A stretch of DNA of 29,109 nt from an uncultured Candidatus Poseidoniales archaeon (lineage in GTDB: Archaea > Thermoplasmatota > Poseidoniia > Poseidoniales > Thalassarchaeaceae), in NCBI GenBank assembly GCA_964645485.1, contig CAZXZO010000015.1, forward strand, positions 1 through 29,109. The letters run 5' to 3'. The notes under the pieces are model-generated. The model was not told the DNA's origin. It was given only the letters and a program-made list of their open reading frames with translations, and made no database searches. The translations under genes and the position numbers were made by a program. Below, in pieces: positions 1-8,200 of the stretch (position 1 is its first letter; each line of letters opens with the position of its first letter).

Positions 1-21
1 GTGCTCGCGCCTTTTCTCAAT

Positions 22-792
22 TCAAATCCGATTTCGATATGATGCTAGAAGCCCAGTTAACACGATTCCAGCAGCAGCACCAAAAATCCTGCCCTGCTCA
101 CGCGCACCAGAGCCAGCGAGTTCTTCAAAGGACAATGCAAGTGCAATAGAAAATGGACCTACTAAGAACAAGAATCTAACTAACCAAACTTTCACGGTTG
201 GGCGTTTTCCTAAGGGACGAAGGGTGATGGAACCGAGTTTTGCAATTATCTGCCAATCTAGAGCCTTTGCAATCGGAGTTAATCTTTCATTAACCATGGG
301 TCTTAGGACTGGGCGGTCAGGACTATTCTTACCTCGACCGGTGATAATTCTAATTCTCCCAATAGTTGGCCGATTTTCGATAATCAAATCTAATATTTTA
401 CGAGAGCCTTGTAAATCCATCTCGTGGAGATCAAGGGTTAGGGTTCCTCTTTCTTGACGGATGTGGGTCGAGGCTCTCCATGCTTTTTCAGAGGACCATG
501 GTAAGCCAGCAGCATATGCATCTAGAGGTGCAAGTAATTCCCTTAATTGTGTCACTTTATCCACATGGGTTCTAGTTCCTCTCCCGCGTTTCAATTCAAT
601 CAAGCGCCAACCCCCATAAATTAGGGTCAAAGTGGTTACACCAGCGCCAAAGTAACCACCAAATTTCACACTTGCAAGTGGGTCTCCATCCATTCCGGCG
701 CTGAAATATCCTAGCATGGTAGCCATTGTCCCGGACATGATTCCCATCACGATACTGATAGACACAAGGTCGCGAAACGTCACCTCTACCAT
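22..792 (-). CDS. Smr (small MutS-related) domain protein with four predicted transmembrane helices
   Basis: TLTLDLHE (DLH at nt 424-432) and IRIITGRGKNS..RPVLRPMV (TGRG at nt 331-342) match the Smr DxH and GxG motifs. Hydrophobic segments lie at about aa 9-30, 45-63, 201-221 and 237-253. Confidence 0.8.
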   Translation of the reverse strand: MVEVTFRDLVSISIVMGIMSGTMATMLGYFSAGMDGDPLASVKFGGYFGAGVTTLTLIYGGWRLIELKRGRGTRTHVDKVTQLRELLAPLDAYAAGLPWSSEKAWRASTHIRQERGTLTLDLHEMDLQGSRKILDLIIENRPTIGRIRIITGRGKNSPDRPVLRPMVNERLTPIAKALDWQIIAKLGSITLRPLGKRPTVKVWLVRFLFLVGPFSIALALSFEELAGSGAREQGRIFGAAAGIVLTGLLASYRNRI

Positions 793-870
793 GCAAATCG
801 CTCTGGCTTCTTTTTGTTAGTGGTTGCGGCGTGGAAAGGATGATGAAGCAGGTTCGCTAGGAAATTGTTG

Positions 871-1707
871 ATGGTCGGACAGAATGGACTTACTGGGCGA
901 CATCGAGAGGAAAAAATTGCTGATTGGGTGATGGGAATTTCGATGGGCTATCTCTTAGCCGCATTTTTAGTTCCCGCTCTTCTTCCTGCTGGGACTGTAC
1001 CCGAACTCTCCGGACGGGCAAACGCCCTAGATTATGTGTGGACAGATTCTTCTTGGGGTGATTGGGGAAATGAGCCGCACTCTGAACACTCGGAAATGGG
1101 CCATGACCAATCCGAACACGGTGGTAAATTTGCATGGAGTGAACTGGATTTTTTCAGTGCTCTTGTCTATGGGATTGGTGACTTAAATTGTCACCAAAAA
1201 CACGAGCGTTCTTGGTTTATCAATGATAATCAAATGGCAGTATGTACGCGAGATATCGGGATACTTGCAGGAGTCTTTGTTGGCGGATTGATTTTTCGCA
1301 GGCGAGGACTCAACCGCTGGACTATTAGGGATTCAATCATTTCAATTATTCCTGATGAAAAAGTTGAATCATTTTACATTAATGACAAGCGATTCTTACT
1401 AGCATTTGGTGGCTTAGCATTGTTATTGCTTCCAACAGCATTGGATGGGGGAATCCAAGCAATTAGCGGTTACGAATCAACTCATCTCAAGCGATTACTT
1501 ACCGGATTCCCCATGGGACTAGGAGTCGGAATTCTATTTGCTGGAGTTTTTGCAGCAAATCCAAAGCAATTCGAATTTGATGCCAGCAGAGTGGTCCTAC
1601 CAGCAAATGCGCGATTAGTGCCAACTCTTGAGACAGATGAAGAAAAGATTGCTGAAATCGCTCAGCAAATTGACCGGGATAAAAGTGACCAAGATAGCGA
1701 AGAATGA
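871..1707 (+). CDS. DUF2085-family integral membrane protein
   Basis: GDLNCHQKHERSWFINDNQMAVCTRDIGILAG resembles the DUF2085 core (CHQ..R....C.R..G), with several TM segments and an acidic C-tail. The ORF track starts at TTG 865; the first ATG is at 871. Confidence 0.75.
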   Translation: MVGQNGLTGRHREEKIADWVMGISMGYLLAAFLVPALLPAGTVPELSGRANALDYVWTDSSWGDWGNEPHSEHSEMGHDQSEHGGKFAWSELDFFSALVYGIGDLNCHQKHERSWFINDNQMAVCTRDIGILAGVFVGGLIFRRRGLNRWTIRDSIISIIPDEKVESFYINDKRFLLAFGGLALLLLPTALDGGIQAISGYESTHLKRLLTGFPMGLGVGILFAGVFAANPKQFEFDASRVVLPANARLVPTLETDEEKIAEIAQQIDRDKSDQDSEE

Positions 1708-1709
1708 TA

Positions 1710-3074
1710 CTAATTTTTTGCCGGACCTTGACGCCACCATTTTCTAAATTCACTTACATTTGTAGGTGGCTCCACACCCATCATCCCAGAACCAAGAATG
1801 GCTAATCTTGAGACGCAATCCGCCATTGCTTTATTCATTTCATCGGAGGGATTTTTTCCTACAATTGCAGACAATGAATTTCTCCACTTGCCATCGGGAT
1901 TCTCATCTTGCCACTTTGCAAATTCTTTTTTCAAGGGCCAAATTACCAATCCTAAACGACCGAATGATTGCCATTCTGCTCTTAATTCTGAACGGGCTGC
2001 ATCTTTTCCTTTGAGCGGCTTATGTGTTCGGACCCAACCCGATTGCTCATGGAAAAATTTCAACATCCGGTGAGTATGGCGAGAACTGACAACCCTCACT
2101 GGACCAAACCATTTCCTTAGGCTAGATGCTTCTGCACCGGGAAGTAAGGAAAGTGTACCTACTACTGAAATGACAGTATGACTAATCGGAGTTTTGGGTA
2201 TATTCCTTGATTTACCATCTAAAGTCGTTTCATATGCTTCTTGATAAAGCGAATTAGCGTGTTTCATCACTTGCCAGGGTTTTTCTCCATGAAGCCAATT
2301 CTTACTACTGCGTTTAGGGGATGTATCCATTACTTTGAGAGTTGTTTGACCTCTCTCTCCTTTGAGGGCTTTTTCGAGCATCACTAGTTCAACCTCTTCT
2401 GAGTCTATGTTGAGAGGGGGCGGGTGACGATGCAAGAATTTTCGAACCTCTTTCTGGATCTTTCGCCGCAAATCTGCTTTGGTGCCATCATTGAGTAACG
2501 GCCCTACTACAACTCCTCTGTTGAATGGCTCTGGCATTGCGACATTTCCTCCAAGAAGAGTTGCATACCCTGCTCGAATTTTCTGTTGTAGTTCATCGGT
2601 TTCGAAATATTCCTGTTTGTCCATGACAGCTTCTCTTAGAGTGCCATGAGTGATTCTACGGAGGGCTACAATTGGGTCACAATCTACCCACAGGCAAAGG
2701 TCAGGGACACAAGCAGCGCTGTTTAATCGAGCAACTTCTGATAGGCCAATATTTCCAACAATTCCCTGATAAACAAGAGAGGAGTGGACATTTCTTTCCG
2801 AAATTACTGCCTTTCCCTGTTTTAGTCGTGGGAGTATCCAAGCATGTGAATGGTCAAGACGGTCGGCAGCAAACAGGCTAGCCTCTTTGACAGGCCCTGC
2901 TTCACCTGTACGAACAGAATCCACCGCGAGTTTGCCTAATGGATGGTCTCGACGAGGTTCCCCAGTCACCCAAATATCTGAGAAAGTGAACTCTTCTAAC
3001 AAAATTTCTTCGAGCATTTTTGTAGCAATTCCCTTGCCACTGCCATCGCCTCCTTCAATGGTGATGAGATACAT
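1710..3074 (-). CDS. tmk: Thymidylate kinase-like protein (about 214 aa) fused to a C-terminal domain of unknown function (about 240 aa)
   Basis: Motifs are the ITIEGGDGSGK P-loop, GEP, LFAADRLDH, ERNVHSSLVYQG and PDLCLWVDCDP. I place the start at ATG 3074, behind GGGGTG and immediately before the P-loop strand. The ORF-track start at 3296 would overlap the upstream gene by 118 nt. Confidence 0.8.
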   Translation of the reverse strand: MYLITIEGGDGSGKGIATKMLEEILLEEFTFSDIWVTGEPRRDHPLGKLAVDSVRTGEAGPVKEASLFAADRLDHSHAWILPRLKQGKAVISERNVHSSLVYQGIVGNIGLSEVARLNSAACVPDLCLWVDCDPIVALRRITHGTLREAVMDKQEYFETDELQQKIRAGYATLLGGNVAMPEPFNRGVVVGPLLNDGTKADLRRKIQKEVRKFLHRHPPPLNIDSEEVELVMLEKALKGERGQTTLKVMDTSPKRSSKNWLHGEKPWQVMKHANSLYQEAYETTLDGKSRNIPKTPISHTVISVVGTLSLLPGAEASSLRKWFGPVRVVSSRHTHRMLKFFHEQSGWVRTHKPLKGKDAARSELRAEWQSFGRLGLVIWPLKKEFAKWQDENPDGKWRNSLSAIVGKNPSDEMNKAMADCVSRLAILGSGMMGVEPPTNVSEFRKWWRQGPAKN

Positions 3075-3178
3075 GGCAACGCCTACACCCCATGACAGTC
3101 GCCGTGATGAATAAACTTGCGTGAAGAAGATACCTTTCTTTGAATGGTCTGAAAAACAAATAACACGAATAAACATCA

Positions 3179-4135
3179 TTATTGTTGGTCTGCAAACTGA
3201 TTCTTGGTTAACATCAGTAAAGCCATTCCAAGAAGAATGAGTAATGGCCCGAAGAAAATTCCACCGCGGCTGAATAATCCAAGACCGCATATCCATTGGG
3301 TTCTACGGTATTTTAGACCACGACGCGCTTCTAGTCCTCCGACAATACCAATTGCCGCTGAAATCAAAGTGATTGCTGCGAGGACAGTTGAGGTTTGAAC
3401 TGCAGATGCAAGGTTGCTCGGCTCACGCAAATCGGCTGAGTCAACACCTTCGCCCTCAACTAGCGTTAGAGTTAAATCTGGAATTTCCCCTGGAGAAAGT
3501 GTTCTTTCTATTGTGACATATCCGTCCATCTTAACCGTTAGTAGCATCACTTCTCTAGACACTCCAGAAATAGTGAAACGCCCTTCTGAATTTGTCTCTG
3601 TCCTACCCTCTGAATAGTCATCTGAAATTCTTATCAATTCAATGTGTACGCCCTCAATAGCCTCACCGGCAGAATTGTTATCACTGTCTAATTGGCTCAA
3701 AATCAATCCATGTACTTCGGCATCATCGGTTCGCGAAAACATAGAACTTGAAACCAAATCTCTTGGGTCGGCACTGATTAACAAAGCACCACTTGCTGCG
3801 CCAATAGCACTACCTACAATGATTAATAATACTGCAAGATTCATCACCCAGCCTTCATCTGATCGGTTTCTCAATGCGGCTGGTAGCCTGACAACTGCAG
3901 GGTCTCCGCCAGCTCTAACATCACGCAATGCTTTCTGGCGACTAGCGGCTCTTGCTCTTTTCATTCTACGGCGACGTCGGGCAATTCGGTCAGAGAGTGT
4001 GGTAGCATCTTCATCAACATCAAAGTCAATTTCAACTTCATCATCGACTTCCAAGACCCCTTCTTCAACGAGTTCGTCCCGAACCCTTGTGCGTAGGGAT
4101 TTGAGGCGCTCTTCACGCTCATCATCGTCACTCAT
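3179..4135 (-). CDS. Membrane protein with a carboxypeptidase-regulatory-like (transthyretin-like beta-sandwich) domain
   Basis: A charged N-terminal region and a TM helix precede GEAIEGVHIEL...TETNSEGRFTISGV...LTVKMDGY, a CarboxypepD_reg-like pattern, followed by 2-3 C-terminal TM segments. ATGA overlap with the upstream gene at 4132-4135. Confidence 0.6.
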   Translation of the reverse strand: MSDDDEREERLKSLRTRVRDELVEEGVLEVDDEVEIDFDVDEDATTLSDRIARRRRRMKRARAASRQKALRDVRAGGDPAVVRLPAALRNRSDEGWVMNLAVLLIIVGSAIGAASGALLISADPRDLVSSSMFSRTDDAEVHGLILSQLDSDNNSAGEAIEGVHIELIRISDDYSEGRTETNSEGRFTISGVSREVMLLTVKMDGYVTIERTLSPGEIPDLTLTLVEGEGVDSADLREPSNLASAVQTSTVLAAITLISAAIGIVGGLEARRGLKYRRTQWICGLGLFSRGGIFFGPLLILLGMALLMLTKNQFADQQ

Positions 4136-5136
4136 TCATGTTCCCCGTGAGATAACGTGGTCGCGGGGGGATTGTCAACCTCTCGGCTATTAGTTAGCGA
4201 AAAAAAGCCGTTTCCCCACAATATATAGGTCAGCAACGCGAATAGAACTGAGAAGAGAATTAAGCCGATTTCCTCAACACCCGAGGGTGATTTAATTGCG
4301 GGATTGCCATCATTTTGTACCCCACCCTCATTTTCTAACTCGCTATTATTTTCAACTAATTGATTAAAAACAACCTGATGCATGACTGGCCAATTTTTAC
4401 CAGTAATCCAAAATGTGTCATTTCCTGAATCATACGCTATCCCATTGAGAACGCCCGGAGAAGGGTCAGGAAATATGGAACTTGCTCCAATTGTCCCTAC
4501 AACATTCCCCGAAGTCATATTGATCATGAAAATTGATTCATTGTGCCAAACATTCGCATATACTAAATCTCCAACACATTCCAACTCATTTATTGCTTGT
4601 AAGGGTGAACCATTGAAAGAAACTGAAACTGTTTTAATCACTGAGAAATCATCTGGACTCCGGATGGTCAAATCACTTGACCCGTTACTCATCACCAAAT
4701 TATTGCCATCAGAACAAATTCCCCAACCCTCGTCTTGATAGGAGAAATTGCCAATTTGAGTAAATGTTTCGATATCCCAGATGTAAGCAATCTCACTCTT
4801 CCAAGTAAGTTGAATTAGGGTATTGTTGTGTATTGTCAAGCCCTCACCGAACACGTCAGTACTCAGGTTCACTGAGCGTAGAATATCTCCCTCCAAGTTG
4901 AGTTCTCTTAGAGACGAGTTGTCAAACCTCCCCGTACTTTCGTAGAGTTTTCCTTGATGGAAAAGGAAGCCTTGGGTGAAGGCTCCTTCATCATGTTCTG
5001 TGGTTGTTAAGATTTCAATTTCGAATTGGCGCGAAGCTGCTGAATCTGAGCCCTCAGATGAAGATAAAAATGGACAAAATATTGCCACAATTATCACTGA
5101 GAAAAGGGGCCAAAAAAGTCTAAATTGGTTGCCCAT
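4132..5136 (-). CDS. Glutaminyl-peptide cyclotransferase (type II, plant/bacterial beta-propeller glutaminyl cyclase), secreted and C-terminally membrane-anchored
   Basis: Motifs AFTQGF, LYESTG, FGEGLT, QLTWK, EGWG, NELE, ANVW, VLNGIAYD and TGKNWP; N-terminal signal peptide; C-terminal TM helix; SD GGAGGT 9 nt upstream. Confidence 0.92.
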   Translation of the reverse strand: MGNQFRLFWPLFSVIIVAIFCPFLSSSEGSDSAASRQFEIEILTTTEHDEGAFTQGFLFHQGKLYESTGRFDNSSLRELNLEGDILRSVNLSTDVFGEGLTIHNNTLIQLTWKSEIAYIWDIETFTQIGNFSYQDEGWGICSDGNNLVMSNGSSDLTIRSPDDFSVIKTVSVSFNGSPLQAINELECVGDLVYANVWHNESIFMINMTSGNVVGTIGASSIFPDPSPGVLNGIAYDSGNDTFWITGKNWPVMHQVVFNQLVENNSELENEGGVQNDGNPAIKSPSGVEEIGLILFSVLFALLTYILWGNGFFSLTNSREVDNPPATTLSHGEHE

Positions 5137-5246
5137 ATCAAAACTACCTCCTCTTGCTCGTATGAACCATGCTCCATGCGCTATTAAATAGGTTCATAGA
5201 CAACCGTCTGAATAGTAGCGTAGTCTCGCTCATGGTAGGTATTGTA

Positions 5247-8200
5247 ATGCAAATACGAACATCTCTGTTCCTGACAATTTTGATGATAGCCGCAACTTTG
5301 GTTCCAGCACTGGCTCCAACAGTTGCTGCGGAGTCTGAAAATGACCTCCAAGTTGGCGAAATTATAGGTGATATCGCTGATTTTGACGCCACAGCCCATG
5401 GTAAGGAGTACATGATGGTTGATGGAGATCCGCTCTATTCAGCCACAAGACTCCACAAGATGGCGTGGGCTGATGCTGGTTACCCTGACCTCGTCATGCC
5501 TTTCGCAAATGGCAAAAGTGGAAAATCAACTTCTAAAGCCTGTGTCCCGCTTAGTCAAGGGAATGTTCTGACTGTTCCAACTAGTGGTGGCCAAATTTCA
5601 GTAACAGTAGAAAAGACGACTACAACTGCTGCATTCTTAGTACAAGCGGGTCAAACTGTATCGAGTTCAGTCCTGAACAATTATGCATCTACTTGGTCGA
5701 CTACGATTTATCCTACCCTGACGCAATACTTTGGCGCTGCACCAGATGTAGACAATAATTGTCAAATCATGGTAATAATTTACGACATTGATGGTCCTTG
5801 GAGCATTGGCGGATACTTTGCCCCGAGTCTTGCATCACAAAGAGAAGCAGTTTATGTTGATGTCAATGATTTGAGTTGGGGAGACACAATTATCGCCCAC
5901 GAATTACAACATCTTTTGCACAATTCACGCGACCCATTTGAGTACATATGGATAGATGAAGGAAATGCAGACATGGCAGCATTCCTCTGCTTTGGCGCCA
6001 CCAGCACGATTATTGGGCACGCCAATGAATGGGCTCAAAACTCCTACACATCAGTTAGATGGTGGAATCAGTCAACTGGAGACTATGGGGCTGGATTCTT
6101 GTTCATGCTTTACCTCGCCGCAAAACTTGGCGGAGGTGCAGCAATTCAGAGTTTAGTCGCAGATACTGCTACAGGTGGCGCTGGAATCGTCAACCTTGCA
6201 AACAATCCAGTACCTGGTTCACCGGGAAATATTGGGAATACGATTTCTGATATTTTTGCTAATTTCACCGTAGCAACACTGTTGGATGATTCACAGAATC
6301 CATTTGGTCTTGATAATATTGATATGTACCAAAATTGTGGAGCTTCACAATTTTGTAGGTTACAAATTACAGATTCAAATAGCAATTGGGGTAGTGTCTG
6401 GTCTAGCCAAGGTGACCCTCTAGAAGGATGGGGTGTAAGAGCATACAAGTTCACCGGAGGTACTGGGTCACCACTCAATGTAATGGTGCAAGCATCTGAA
6501 ATCGGATTTGCAGGACGGTTAGTATACCGAGAAATCGCAACAGGAACTTGGACATCTGTTCCTCTTGAATTCAATGGTGGCATGGCTACAGGATTAGTGT
6601 CAGGATTCGGAAATGTATCTGATGATGTCTATGTGCTAACTTGGTATGAAAGCCTAGTTGATGATTGTGATTACGCAATGGCGAACTGTGGTTGGCCAGG
6701 TGGAGGAGGCACTCAATATCCAATTGCAACTGTAGATGTATATGCGGCATTGATTTCACAACCGGCAACAATTAGGCAAGATTTCTTGAGAGTTCACGAC
6801 CGAGATGGAGACAGTATGGGCGATACTTTGGAGTGGAATCTAGAAATCAACTCAACTGCGTTTTGGGAGAACCTCGAGATTAGAATTGAAGCCTTCCACA
6901 ATAACACACTTCACGACACAATCTCAATTCCTGTAGGAGTTGGTGGTGGGGTCACCTCAAACCGCTCTGTGTGGTTTACTCCACCTTGGGATGGCAACTG
7001 GCAGTTGTATGCTAGATTGTACGATCAGATTGGCGACCCTGTGCCAAATGCTGCAGTTCTCACTCTACCAACAAATGTCTACAACATGGCACCAGTAGCC
7101 ACTGGCAGCTTGTCTTCAAACACATCTCAAACATGGTTGCCTATCCAATTCAATGGCGCGGGTTATGATATCTGGGGATTATCAGCCAATAACCAAACTT
7201 ACACCCATAATTCATCACCAGTTGGATACCTTTGGGACTTTGGAGATGGTGGCCAATCTTGGCTACGCACACCTTCAAGAGCATACACTCAAACAGGTGA
7301 CTTCAATGCATCTCTACAAGTAACTGATATTGGTGGAAAGCAAAGCAATATGCAAAATTGGTCAATGAATATCACTGACACAATTATGCCAACAGTAAAG
7401 ATTTCAGTTGCCGGTCAAGAAGTAATAGGTGGCATGACTTTACTGACATCTCAACGAGTTCGATTTGAAGCATACATGACTGATGATAATGTTCCAGATG
7501 AATATCTTGACTTCCAATGGGATTGGGGTGACGGTACTAATGAAGGTGGAATTGGCTACACCGAAGCACCTCATTCTTGGTCCAATGGTTCGGCAAATGG
7601 AACCATCTATAACCTGGTTTTGACAGTGAATGATGGAACATTTACTGTAAATCAAACTCTAACTATACTCATCCTAAATCGAGTTCCAAGATTAATTCAT
7701 GACTTACCTCTTGAAGTTGACACACTCACCCCACTACCTCTGCCTACGATGTTCACAGATGATGATGGAACCATTGATTCATGGCAGTGGTTCTTCTCAG
7801 ACCCAGTCAATCTTGATGGTGGCACGGTTACTAAATTGAGCAACTTTGATCAAACTGTTTCGGGCGACCAAAATCCAACCCCCGCGTGGTTGACTCCCGG
7901 GTTAAAGAATGTCACAATTATTGCGACGGATAACTCCGGAAATAGTACCGCTGCAATCCTTCAAGTCACAGTCAATAACCAAAGACCAGTTGCACTCTTT
8001 GATAGACCAAGTAGCGGCGACACAATGACACCATACATGTTCGTAAGCCACTCCTGGGACCCTGATGGACAGAATGGTAACATGACTACAATCTGGACAA
8101 TTTCAGAAGATAATACAACCATCACAAATCAGACATCAATTGTTCATCAATTTTCAACACCTGGAACACATGTGGTTGAACTAGTAGTGATTGATGAGTT

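Noticed and set aside
3075-3296. 74-codon N-terminal extension of the tmk ORF in the ORF track
   Set aside because: It overlaps the upstream gene's 3' end out of frame, has no Tmk-like sequence, and ATG 3074 has an SD-like element and sits right at the domain start.
3642-4193. 183-aa + strand ORF rich in Ser/Arg
   Set aside because: It is an antisense shadow of the 3179-4135 gene; the Ser runs mirror Asp/Glu codons on the coding strand.
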